Of a stretch of DNA of 64,000 nucleotides, positions 1 to 11,819 are shown in pieces. The notes under the pieces were generated by a model. That model ran no database searches. It saw nothing but the letters and a program-made list of their open reading frames with translations, and was not told the DNA's origin. The DNA is from Octopus vulgaris (lineage: Eukaryota), in contig OX597820.1 in NCBI GenBank assembly GCA_951406725.2, positions 8,308,001 to 8,372,000 of the forward strand. The letters run 5' to 3'. How positions within the stretch are numbered: position 1 is the stretch's first letter; the number at the start of each line of letters is the position of its first letter. The position numbers and the translations under genes were made by a program.

Positions 1-120
1 AACACACACAAACACACACATACATACACGCACACACACACACACAGGTATACAAACAAGTATGTGTACCTATGTGTATATGTGTGTGTATAAATACGTA
101 TGTATGTTTACATGTGACCA

Positions 121-600
121 CGTGTGTACCGTTGGTGATTTTTTTCCCTCCGTCTTCCCTTGATTGGATCTTTCCTTTTCCTATGTTTCTGATGAAAGCA
201 TGAATTTCTTGGTCTGTTAAAGTATTTGAGTAAAATTATATTAATGTGTCCAACTTGTTAAAATTCTATTTATTTGTGCAGCTGATGATAGCCCTGCATT
301 TAAATTGATGTAATGATTGCATTTTTCAATGAAATGGAGTCGCTTCATGTTTAGATTAACTATATATATATATAAACATATATATATATATACATCGCGT
401 GTGTACCGTTTGCGATTTTTCCCCTCCGTCTTCCCTTGCTTGGATCTTTCCTTTTCCTATGTTTCTGATGAAGAGCTCCATTCGAAACGTTAAATCCTCC
501 TTCTTTCTTTCCTTTCCTGAGCGTCCAATAACACTATACTTATTCCATGTCCTCGCGTTGTTGTTGTTTTCTCTTTGTGTTTTCATGTTTGGATTGACTT
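121..600 (+). mobile_element. Penelope-like terminal-repeat remnants (two partial copies) with minimal hammerhead ribozyme core
   Basis: 121-196 is duplicated at 399-472. The second copy continues CTGATGA(465-471)-a-gag ctcca ttc-GAAA-cgtta with a palindromic AACGTT, the layout of Penelope-associated minimal hammerheads, then a T-rich tail. Confidence 0.55.
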
Positions 601-1454
601 TATATATACACACAAGTATACCTTTATCTGTTTCTGTTTATACACATAAACAAATGAAGCCAAGCAAATACAAAAAAAAAACATCAAAAGTTGAAGGGAT
701 GTTCACATTTGATGTGAAGGGATGATTCCTGTTGATGTTAAAGAAGGGAATAAAAATTAAATCATTTCAGAGTGGTCGTTCATCAGATGAGAGAGAAGAG
801 AGAAAAGGAGAGCCAGGAGAAAAAACATGCACAGGTTAAGTTCAGTGTTCAATGTGTGTGTGTGTGCGGGCGCCCTTGTCATTACATCAGTATTACAAAG
901 AAGCATATCCATCATGCAAGCCATATTGCAATGAAGTTGATAAAATTTAGAAAAATAATGACTTGTATTTATTGCCAAGATACAAATGATAAATTTTATT
1001 AAATTTTATTTTATTGTAAGTTAAAAATATTTTTCTATAGAAAATTACAATTCATTTAATTTTGTATAAGCAACAAGGAATTATAATAATTGTAAGCCAT
1101 ATTTTCTGATACAACCCAACCATGGCACTTCCAAAAGTTATCGATCATCATGGATTACGCTCCAGTAATAATGATAATTAGCTATTAAGTAAGCAAACAA
1201 GATTCATCTTAATTAGCTATAAATTAAATAGTTAAGATCCCAATTAGTTATTATATAAACAATTAAGATAGATTCTAATTAGTAACTAATTTGTATAAAT
1301 GTCAATTAGTACTAATTAATTTTTAAGTCAACAGTTATGATTCTCATTTTAAGTATGAATTATTTTAACTGATTCAAGGGTGAAGGCTGGCAATGAGTAA
1401 AGCACTGAAGTCAGCTGACAGGCAGCTGTTCACCAGGGATCAATTCTCAGCCCC

Positions 1455-1783
1455 AGCCACCACTGGCACAAGTGCCAGTGGCACTTAAAAAGCATCATCC
1501 GTATGTGGCAGATGCCAGCACCACCTTGACTGGCTTCTGTGCTGGTGGCACGTAAAAAGCACCAACCGATCACAGTCATTGCCAACCTCCCCTGGCACCT
1601 GTACCAGTGGCACGTAAAACGCACCCACTACACTCATGGAGTGGTTGGTGTTAGGAAGGGCATCCAGCTGTAGAAACACTGCCAGATCAGACTGGAGCCT
1701 GGTGCAGCCTCCTGGCTTCCCAGATCCAGGTCGAACCATCCAACCTATGCTAACATGGAAAACGGACGTTAAACGATGATGAT
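1455..1783 (+). mobile_element. RTE-LINE 3' UTR copy (family C)
   Basis: gtggcacgtaaaaagcacc units, then ggagtggttgg..ttaggaagggcatccagctgtagaaac..ggacgttaaac(gat)n. The same sequence is contiguous with an RTE ORF at 13078-14325. Confidence 0.8.
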
Positions 1784-1809
1784 CCAGGCCATTAACAGAG
1801 GAATTTAAG

Positions 1810-2023
1810 ACTGGCTACTCTTGGGAGCCATTCTGTGGAAGCCACCGCATGGCAAGAGAAAAGAAGTGCAACTAAAAGCAGCTTGGCACCACACCTTCAT
1901 CGATGACCTCAAAGCCATTGACATTTCATGGGATGAAGCTGAACTCGTCACGGTCGACCGACCACATTGGAAAAGCCTTGCTGCCCAGAGTGTCACATGG
2001 CACAGAAGGACCTAAGACTAAGA
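1810..2023 (+). mobile_element. RTE-clade LINE ORF2 C-terminal fragment
   Basis: ORF 1821-2015 LWKPPHGKRK..AAWHHTFIDDLKAIDISWDEAELVTVDRPHWKSL fits the typical RTE C-terminus (WxP.GKR..W...DL..W.EA...DR..W). Short (ctaaga)2 tail. Confidence 0.7.
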
Positions 2024-2025
2024 AG

Positions 2026-3010
2026 CCCTTGGGAGCTCCTCTATGTTGATGACCTTGTTCTTTATAACTAAATCCCTACCGGAACTAGAGAAGAAATTTC
2101 AGGTGTTGAAGCAAGGTCTAGAATGAAAGAGCCTTAGAGTTAATTTTTAGAGTGAGTTTAGCAAAGACCAAAGTCTTGCTAAGTCGGAAAACGGACAAAT
2201 CACAAATCCCTTCAGGGAGATGGCTCTGTTGAACATGTAGAAAAGGTGTAGGTAGAAATTCCATAAGGTGTACCTGGTGCAAGCTATGAACACATAAAAG
2301 GTGCAACAATATCAGAGGAAGATTAACAAGGAAAATAGTCATTGTGTGTGGAAGGTGTTGAAGTACAATAAATACTAGAAATGTACAGAAAATGGTTTTT
2401 GTCAAATGCCAGGTGGGATACTCAGAATTAGTAGACAGTCTCCATTACCAAGGTGATCAAGTCAGCAGTGGAAGAGGATGCTCTGAGAGTGCAGCTGTTA
2501 GAATAAGAACAGGTGGGGCAAAGTTCAGGGAGCTTCTGTCTTTGTAAAAAAGGGCCTTTCCCTCAGAGTGAAAGGCAGATTGTATGATGCCTGTGTGTGA
2601 ACAGCCATGTTGCATGGCAGTGAAACATGGGCCATGATTGTTGAGGATGTGTGTAAGCTTGAAAAAAATGAAGCCAGTATGCTTTGCTGGATTTGCAATG
2701 TCAGTGTGCATGTTCAACAGAGTGTAAGCATCTTGAGAGAAAAGTTGGGCATAAGGGGCATCAGATGTGGTGTGCAAGGGGGACGACTACGCTGGTGTGG
2801 TCTTGTGATGTGCATGGACAAGGACAGCTGTGTAAAGAGGTGCAAGTCTCAAATTGTGGAGGGAACCTGTGGGAAGAAGTAGACCCAGGAAGATAAAGAA
2901 CGAGGAGGTGAAATGTGATATTGGGGATGTTTGAGTCTCAGAGAGACGATGACAAGCGACTGGGACTCTGGCAAATTGCTGCGCTTGAGAAGACACATCA
3001 AGCTAAGTAA
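2026..3010 (+). mobile_element. Decayed RTE-clade LINE ORF2 (RT YxDD region to C-terminus)
   Basis: PWELLYVDDLV at ~2027-2059, a C4HC3 finger at 2227-2358, then LHGSETW..KLEKNEASML.W..LREKLG..RLRW (ORF 2607-2882). Contains stops and frameshifts. Confidence 0.85.
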
Positions 3011-3049
3011 GATGGTGGCCGCGGCCCAGTGCTGGTGATGTGTGAATGG

Positions 3050-3240
3050 CGGCTGTGTGTGATAATGAACAAAACAAAAAAACACAAAAAAGAACTGAGG
3101 AGAGACAAGTTTTCACAAATATGTTACATTAGTTTAAGGCTTAAAAGGGAGAAGGGAATGGGTTAACGTTTTGGACATCAGTCCTTCATCAGAAATAAAA
3201 AAAAAGATGAAAGAGATGAGGGTGGTCCAGGGAAGATTAT
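3050..3240 (-). mobile_element. Penelope-like terminal-repeat remnant with mutated hammerhead core
   Basis: Minus strand 3198->3160 reads tttattt CTGATGA a ggac-tgat-gtcc AAAA cgtt aa (GAAA changed to AAAA), followed by a T-rich tail like the copy at 399-600. Confidence 0.5.
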
Positions 3241-3414
3241 TTTAAGTAATGCAAAGGAGCATCTTCCTTTTCTCTCTCTCTCTCATTAATTTATTTATAT
3301 ATCTGCTATCTTCATACCCTCCCCACCACTACCAGCTGGCTTCTATAACAAGGGAGGTGGGGGGGGGGATCTGTCTGATCTATTTGTTCTGTGTTCTCTC
3401 TATCTTCCAACAAG

Positions 3415-3486
3415 AAGAGAGACTTCAAACAGCTCCCCATCCATGCTGCCGCCACTTCAATTCCCTCTTGGGACTTCAAGGAACAG
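3415..3486 (+). CDS. Candidate internal exon of an unidentified gene
   Basis: Pyrimidine tract plus caag acceptor (3411-3414) and a strong donor CAG|GTAAGT. 72 nt with all three frames open (frame 0 KRDFKQLPIHAAATSIPSWDFKEQ). No homology recognised. Confidence 0.3.
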
Positions 3487-3866
3487 GTAAGTGGGGAGGG
3501 GGGCATGGTAAACTGGGAGGTGTTCAAACAGCTGATATCTTTTCTCTAAACCCCTCCCCTCCCCTTATATCCCCCCCTCCAGAACTTTTTCTTCAATTTG
3601 TTTTATCAAAACACTCAGCACCCCCCATTCACCCATGCTCTCCCCACACACATTTAGGAGAAAGGGGTTTTGTTGTAGCAGTAGTGATGATTATGATAGT
3701 AAAGGTGGTGGTGGTGGTGGTGCTGTTGATGTTTTAACCCCAGGCCAATCATTATCAAAACCTTGATCCCTACTGTGTTGGATTGAGGGAAACTTTAGCT
3801 CCTATTTCTAGCAAGATGACCAAGCTCTGCATAGAGAAATATTCTCTAAAGTCCTAGTGCAGGGGG

Positions 3867-4272
3867 TGTGGCGAGCTGGCAGAACCGTTAGCACGCCGGG
3901 CGAAATGCTTAGCAGTATTTCGTCTACCGCTACGTTCTGAGTTCAAATTCCACCGAAGTCGACTTTGCCTTTCATCCTTTCGGGATCGATTAAATAAGTA
4001 CCAGTTACGCACTGGGGTCAATGTAATTGACTTAATCCGTTTGTCGGTCCTTGTTTGTCCTCTCTGTGTTTATCCCCCTTGTGGGTAGTAAAGAAATAGG
4101 TATTTCGTCTGTCTTTATGTTCTGAGTTCAAATTCCATCGAGGTCGATTTTGCCTTCCATCCTTTCGGGGGACGATTAAATAAGTACCAGTTATGCACTG
4201 GGGTCGATATAATCGACTTAATCCGTTTGTCCTCTCTATGTTTTAGCCCCTTGTGGGTAGTAAAGAAATAGG
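3867..4272 (+). mobile_element. SINE family B, head-to-tail dimer
   Basis: tRNA-like head ggcgagctggcagaa..gttcaaattcc and central gtcgactttgcctttcatcctttcggggtcgat..aagtaccag. The second unit starts at aaagaaatag|gtatttcgtctg (~4100). Confidence 0.9.
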
Positions 4273-4609
4273 TACTGATAGTGATGGTGATGTTGATGGT
4301 GGTGGTGGTGGTGGGTTTAAAGTTTGAAAAGTTGCTTAAAATGAATAATCATTAGGAATTCCTTTCCATTTCTCTTGAAAACCCAAATACATCATCATCA
4401 TCACCATCATCATCATAGATGTTGTTGTAGTGATGACAGAGATAAGCGTAGGTGGGTAGATAGTGGTAGTAGTGGTGGGGTGTGTGGGGTGTATGGTGGT
4501 GGCTATGGATGGATTTTACAAGGAGCTAATTATTGTTTTTGTTAGCTTATTTATACACACACACACACACCAGAAGCTGTCAAGATGTACATTAACAGCT
4601 AAGTTACAT

Positions 4610-4682
4610 TCACCACCACAACCACCACCACCACCACCATCATCACCACCATCATCACCACCACCACCACCACCATCATCAC

Positions 4683-4716
<34 letters not shown>

Positions 4717-5367
4717 GTCACAACAACACCAATTAGCATCAAATGAAAGGTTAATATATAAACTATACACTGCTCACTGCAATCGCAGCATCTGTACATC
4801 ATCATCATCATCATCATCATCATAGTCATCACCATCCGACTCTATGGCCTCCTCCTCTTCCTTTTCCACCACCACTGCCATTATCACCATCACCATCATC
4901 ATCATCAATATCGTAGTTATATAAAGTTTATCAGAAACACAAGTCACCACCACCATCACCACCATCACCACCACCATCATCATCATCACCACCACCACCA
5001 CCATCACCACCACCATCACCACCACCACCACCACCACCACCACCATCACCATCACCACCACCATCATCACCATCACCACCACCACCATCATCATCACCAC
5101 CACCACCACCATCATCACCACCACCACCATCACCACCACCATCACCACCATCACCACCACCACCACCATCATCACCACCACCACCATCACACCACCACCA
5201 CCACCACCATCATCACCACCACCACCACCATCATCACCACCATCACCACCACCACCACCACCATCATCACCACCACCACCACCACCATCATCACCACCAC
5301 CATCATCACCACCACCACCACCATCATCACCACCACCACCACCACCATCACCATCATCATCATCCTC
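4610..5367. repeat. Compound (CAC)n/(CAT)n trinucleotide microsatellite
   Basis: ~750 bp of interleaved cac/cat triplets. This explains the poly-G/D/V/M ORFs here. Confidence 0.95.
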
Positions 5368-6264
5368 ATTTACACACCATCCTCTGACGTGGTGATGATC
5401 ACCAGCCATCATCATATAACAACACCAAAGCTATGTAATTAGGTTCTGAGCACTCCCCCACCATGGAGAGAAACTTGAAGATGACGCCAACAACGACGAT
5501 GATGATGATGATGATGATGATAACATCTCTTTTACTTCCTGAAGTCTTACCTCTGACAAAAGAATCCATCATCATCATCATCATCATCGTCACATTATAC
5601 ATACTTGAAGACTTTTTTTTTGTACACCCACACCCATCCACCCACACAACTGCAGTAAGAATGATTAGTTTTCTTTTTCCCTGAGGTCCATCCCATTAAC
5701 AATCAGAAGCTGTCATCATCATTGTTACTATTATCATCATGACAGGACCCACCCCAGGGAGCAGTGGTGAGGAGACATATTTTAGTTGTCCCAAATCCTT
5801 AAAACAATCCATTTGTTGATATGATAAAAGAGACAATGGCAAAGAGAGGAGGAGGGAGAAGAGATAGGAATGAGTGGGGGGGGGAGAAAGAGTGAGAGAG
5901 TCTGGGTGGGAGGGAAGTAGAATAGTGGAACCCCACCCTCATTAGGAAGCTAACCTGATTTATTAAGGATGGCAGTGCTAAAGTAATGTGTGCCATGTGC
6001 CACCCCAGATACTTAAGCAATTAAGCAGCTGCAAGTACATGACAGCCCCACCACTCTTGAAAGGACATAAGCTCAATCAGATAGCTTAGCCCCTGTCCCC
6101 ACCCTGGGACTCATTTTCAGCTGAGTGGGCCAGAAGCAAAAGTGAAATGTCCTCGTTCAAGGGGCACAAGGTACCACCTGATTCAAGAATTGAACCCACA
6201 ACCTATCAACAACATCCTAACCACCAGTACCACACACCTTCACCAGTCATGAACTAGGGTTGGA

Positions 6265-6632
6265 TTTATTTTGTCTGCCGTTACGTTCTGAGTTCAAATT
6301 CTGCCGAGGTCAACTTTGCTTTCATCCATTCGGGGTTGATTAAATAAGTACCAGTTACGCACTGGAGTCGATATAATCGACTTAATCCGTTTGTCTGTCC
6401 TTGTTTGTCTTTTTTGTGTTTAGCCCCTTGTGGGTTGTAAAGAAATAGGTATTTCGTCTGCCGCTATGTTCTGAGTTCAAATTCCACCGAGGTCGACTTT
6501 GCCTTTCATCCTTTCAGGGTCGATTAAATAAGTACCAGTTACGCACTGGAGTCGATATAATCGACTTAATCCGTTTGTCTGTCCTTGTTTGTCCTCTCTG
6601 TATTTAGCCCCTTGGGGGTAGTAAAGAAATAG
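6265..6632 (+). mobile_element. SINE family B dimer (5'-truncated)
   Basis: Two units joined at aaagaaatag|gtatttcgtctg (~6449). Confidence 0.9.
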
Positions 6633-7182
6633 GATTTAATGAACTGTGCCTCTACCCTCTCCCCTTGTGCCACTAATGCCCTCCATGGACAACAAAAGCA
6701 TTTCATCTCCATCACCTTGACACCATCATCTTCTTGATGCAGTGATCAAAGAGACTCCAAGCATGACCATCCTGTATGTTTGGATCTGAGGAAATATTTT
6801 GTCCAATGTATCTTTTCATTGTGGAAGACAATAGTGTGCGATTTGAGGGTTTATTTGACTGCTATGTCAAATATCAACTTGTCAGACCTCACTGAGTAGA
6901 CTTCTGATCAAAGATAGTCCAGTCATGACCAACTCACCTTTCTATTGAGGGTCACATTATTCAATGTATCCTTTCTCAGTTAATACCACAGAGTATGATT
7001 TGACTGCTATTTCTAGCAAATCAAGTGAGTATGTAAATGCACTCATGGTTTGTAAAGCAGCAAGGCATCATTTGAGGCAGATTTGGCTGTCATTACTAGA
7101 GGTTCAGTGACCATGTTCCCTTAACTCAGAAGACCAATGTAATTTAAGAAGAGTGGCTGGTTATTTCAAGAATGATGAACAA

Positions 7183-7590
7183 CAGGAGTGGCTGTGTGGT
7201 AAGTAGCTTGCTTACCAACCACATGGTTCCGGGTTCAGTCCCACTGCGTGGCACCTTGGGCAAGTGTCTTCTACTATAGCCTCGGGCCGACCAAAGCCTT
7301 GTGAGTGGATCTGGTAGACGGAAACTGAAAGAAGCCTGTCGTATATATGTATATATATATATGTATATATGTGTATGTGTGTCTGTGTTTGTCCCCCTAG
7401 CATTGCTTGACAACCGATGCTGGTGTGTTTATGTCCCCTTCACTTAGTGGTTCGGCAAAAAAGACCGATAGAATAAGCACTGGGCTTACAAAGAATAAGT
7501 CCCAGAGTCGAGTTGCTCGATTAAAGGCGGTGCTCCAGCATGGCCGCAGTCAAAATGACTGAAACAAGTAAAATGAGAAAAAAAGAGAGA
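7183..7590 (+). mobile_element. SINE family A (tRNA-derived, internal TA/TG microsatellite)
   Basis: A-box-like tggctgtgtgg, B-box-like ggttcagtccc, ccttgggcaagt core-like motif, 3' end ..gactgaaacaagtaaaa. Many near-identical copies in the window. Confidence 0.9.
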
Positions 7591-8094
7591 ACTGTAACTT
7601 AGGCTTCTCGTTAGATCATAAAATGGTCAAAGGATGATTTGAGGGTTATTTGACTGCTATTTCTCACAGGTCAAATGGTGGGGGGGGAGGGCACTGCTGT
7701 CCCACATTCAGTGTTTTGTTACAATGTGGTTCACTGGTTGGGGTTCACCTAAGTTTAAAACCCTTCTTTCTCAATCAACCCTTGTCAGTTTTCACACTTC
7801 CCATGTGAAGTGGTGGACTTAATCCATTGCTCCAGACCCCATATTATAAACACTGGGATCAACTCTCCAGTCTGAGGAGACACGCCTGCCACATGAAGCT
7901 ACCCTGCCCCTCCCCTCATAAAAATTTACATTTTTCTAAATTTCATTATCTTTGTATCAGAATCTTGTTTCCCTTCAGATGCGATGATAAAACTGTATAT
8001 TAGATACCATTAATTAATTAACAAGCTGTCACTTTATTCCACTAATTAGTGATGAGAGATATATTTGGGTGGAGATATCTCCACTATTACCACC

Positions 8095-8460
8095 ACTTGA
8101 CTTGACAGCATTCACCCGGGGTGGGTTGAGCTGGCTTCATTCATCCTCAATGCTGCATCTCTCACAAAACCCGACCAGGCCTGGCGATTTGAGGCTAATG
8201 ACCGCGTGATCTCCAACCACTCCTTATTCCAGCAGTGAATGCCATAGATATGGGGGCCTAGGTTGGGTTTCCAGATCAGCCTTGACCGTCATCAGCCAGG
8301 TTTTTCGTTGTCCACCACATCGCTTTCGCCAACCCTGAAGGGGAACTGGGGCAATTGCTTCGTAGATGAATTCTTCCGGTTGATGACAGAAGGCATGACC
8401 CAGCCAACACAGACGTCTCGACGTCTCGTTAGGATGACTTGTCGGAGGGAGGCGATTCTG
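8095..8460 (-). mobile_element. RTE-clade LINE 3' end fragment (different family)
   Basis: RRLCWLGHAF..GWRKRCGGQRKTWLMTVKADLE in ORF 8224-8493. Ends in a (caagt)n-type tail. Confidence 0.7.
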
Positions 8461-8746
8461 CGCTAGCACTACCACCACCACCAACACCCCCACCTGATGG
8501 TCAAGAAATGTTTAATTAGTTTTAAGACACTAATAATGTAAAGCAGGATGAATTAAGTAAAAAGGTGTGGGTGAGGGGGTGCAGGTGACACTGCTAGTAA
8601 TGGTAGTGCTCCAGCATGGTCACAGTTTTAATAACAAAAACCAGTAATAAAATAAAGCAACTGTACAATATTGCTAAATATTTTTATGGATTTAGAAATA
8701 AAAAGAAAATAATTTCAAAAAATAATTTCAAAACAAAATGGGTCTA

Positions 8747-9164
8747 GTGCAGGAGTGGCTGTGTGGTAAGTAGCTTGCTAACCAACCACATGGTTCCGGG
8801 TTCAGTCCCACTGCGTGGCACCTTGGGCAAGTGTCTTCTACTATAGCCTCGGGCCGACCAAAGCCATGTGAGTGGATTTGGTAGACGGAAACTGAAAGAA
8901 GCCCGTCGTATATATGTATATATATATATATGCGTGTGTCTGTTTGTGTGTCTGTGTTTGTCCCCTAGCATTGCTTGACAACCGATGCTGGTGTGTTCAT
9001 GTCCCCGTTACTTAGCGGTTCGGCAAAAGAGACCGATAGAATAAGTACTGGGCTTACAAAAGAATAAGTCCCGGGGTCGAGTTGCTCGATTAAAAGGCGG
9101 TGCTCCAGCATGGCCGCAGTCAAATGACTGAAACAAATAAAAGAGTAAAAGAGTAAAGAGAGTA
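8747..9164 (+). mobile_element. SINE family A
   Basis: Full-length copy with an (aaagagta)n tail. Confidence 0.9.
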
Positions 9165-9165
9165 G

Positions 9166-9570
9166 TGTTGTTGTTGTTGTTTGTTTGTTTGTTGAGCGAA
9201 GCGGTCTTCGTCCCAGAGCTCTGTAGTTTGAGAAGTCCGAAACGTGTTCCTTTGCTATTCGTAAGACCCGCAGAAGAGAAAGCAGGTCAACCCCCCCCCC
9301 CCCACCAACACCGAGAGTATCGACGGATGGATGAATGCGCATCCAGGCTCAGCGGTTGCGTAGGAAGTCGGGGACAAGAAACAGGAAGAAAGAGTGAGAG
9401 AAAGTTGGAGCAAAAGAGTACAATAGGGGTTGCCACCACCCCCTGCCGGAGCCTCGTGGAGCTTTAGGTGTTTTCGCTCAATAAACACACACAATGCCCG
9501 GTCTGGGAATCGAAACCGCGATCCTCCGACCGCAAGTCCACTGCCCTAACCACTGGGCCATTGCGCCTCC
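9166..9570 (-). mobile_element. SINE family D, tail type 1
   Basis: Head ggaggcgcaatggcccagtggttagggc..ggtttcgattccc and (caaa)n tail. Matches 53520-53902. Confidence 0.9.
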
Positions 9571-10202
9571 ACTGTTGTTGTTGTTGCACAATAGTGTGAA
9601 TTACAGCCCCCTTCCCACTTATCTCCACCATACCCATCTTCTCTATCCCTTTCAATCCACCCATCTATTGTGTGTCTGTCTCTAGAATCCCTCAAATCAC
9701 GAACCCTTCAAATCACAATAACTACCAAGGGGTCCTCAGTCAGTTTCCAAGATGAGCATACTATAATTTGAATGACTGAGTAAACTATAACTGGGGTATA
9801 AGTGGCTGAGTATTCCACAGAGATGTCTAACCTTTTACAAAGTCCTCAGACAGCACCACCACAATACAAAGTGTGACTAAGTTGTGGATTTTGAATTAAA
9901 AATACAGTAAGTTCATGTGAAAGGCTTCCACACAGTTTCCATCAACCTATTTTTACTTGCAAAGCATTTGTTGACCTGAGGCAATGGTAAAAGATACTTG
10001 CTCAAGGTGCCACAGAGTGGGATTGAACATAGGACCTCATTTGTGAAACAACCTTCTTACCCACTGGGCTATGCTTGCACATGACACACAGACAGATTGA
10101 TAGATAACAGACAGACACACACACACACACACACAGATGTACGCAAACATGCATCTACATAGCATAGAAATCAGTGTGTGTATCTGCGTGTGTATATTCA
10201 TC

Positions 10203-10725
10203 AGTGCCATGGCCGATGCCAGCGCTGCCTTGACTGGCTTCCGTGCTGGTGGCACGTAAAAAGCACCAACCGATTGTGGCCGTTGCCAGCCTCACCTGGC
10301 ACGTAAAAAGCACCACCCATACGTGGTCGATGCCAGCGCCGCCTTGACTGGCTTCTGCGCTGGTGGCACATAAAAAGCACCAACCGATCGTTGCCGTTGC
10401 CAGCCTCCCCTGGCACCTGTGCCGGTGGCACGTAAAAAGCACCATCCATACGTGGTCGATGCCAGCGCCACCTTGACTGGCTTCTATGCTGATGGCACAT
10501 AAAAAGCACCAACCGATCGATCATGGCCATTGCCAGCCTTCTCTGGCACATAAAGAGCAACCACTACACTCACGGAGTGGTTGGTATTAGGAAGGGCATC
10601 CAGCTGTAGAAACACTGCCTGATCAGACTGGAGCCTGGTGCAGCCTCCTGGCTTCCCAGACCCCGGTCGAACCGTCCAACCCATGCTAGCATGGAAAACG
10701 GACATTAAACAATGATGATGATGAT
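10203..10725 (+). mobile_element. RTE 3' UTR copy (family C) with several internal repeat units
   Basis: Alternating ~50-70 bp gtggcac..aaaagcacc units, then the conserved 3' block and (gat)n. Confidence 0.85.
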
Positions 10726-11819
10726 GTCTGCATGTGTGTGTGTGTGTGTGCGTGCTCATTTACATCTACAATCATTTGTACAACCCTTGGTTCTCTTCTC
10801 AACAAATTGTCCGAGCACTTCATACTTTAGAAGCTGAGTAATAATAGTGTATTAGTGGGAGGGAAGGGGGTCTCTTTGACTTGACACTGCATGCTAACTG
10901 TAAACAAATGTCCCCGTCACACAAGCAGTGTTGTTTATTTACAATCTTCTGTAAAAACATGTCCGGCCACCAGGCTGTTCACGTTTGAAGGACCAGAAGA
11001 ATGGTTTGCTTAGCATCAGATGAAGATTGGTGATAGGGAGAGAGAGAGAGAGAGCATTCAGAAAGCTCTCCCTAAATGAATCTACACCTGACCCACACAA
11101 GCATTGGAACAACAACGACGATGATGATGATGATGATGACGATGATGATAATGATGATGATGCACACCTAGAGCAACGGAATCAAAGAAATTCCAAATAT
11201 TTTTGAACATTCCTAGATTGTAATTTGGTTTGGCAGCAGAATTAATGAATCAAAACACATCCTGTGTAATTATCAACATGTGCTTATGGGCAGAACTTGG
11301 CAGATTGGGAGACATAAAGTATCATGTGTGTGTGTATGGGGGGAGGTGTTATGAATGTATACAGGAACTGGGTGTGTGTGTGTGTGTGTGTGTGTGTAAT
11401 AATCCAGTTAGAAATTATAGCAGGAAACCTTTAAAATATGTAAGTACATATACAGTTACGCACACAATTTTCACCACAACTGCACAACATACCTCCATTC
11501 ACATCTAAATATACAGAAATATAATTGCTGACATGCATACATACACACACACATACCTGTGTGTGTGTGTGTGTGTGTGTGTGTTTCCATTTGTTTGACA
11601 TCTACTTTTCCATGCCAGTATGGGTTAGACAAATGCATTATTGAAGCTGGATGCCCTTCCTGTTGCTAACCCTTGCCCGTTTGTCAGGTAAGGATTCCAA
11701 ACATAAGAAAGGATTTCTCATTGCTCCTGACAGCAAAGGCTCGTGCAGCCACAGCACCTAAACACAGCAACTTTGGAATAAACAAACACAAACAATCAAA
11801 AATCAAAAATCAAAACAAA

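Noticed and set aside
771-834. Possible exon (tttcag|...cag|gttaag)
   Set aside because: The donor is weak, and the segment overlaps what looks like a decayed minus-strand Penelope-type terminal repeat.
4463-5415. Long ORFs rich in G/D/V/M/P/S
   Set aside because: They are translations of the (CAC/CAT)n microsatellite, with no splice or domain evidence.
7183-7255. tRNA genes at SINE heads (families A, B, D)
   Set aside because: A/B boxes are present, but I found no complete cloverleaf and each head continues into a repeated SINE body.
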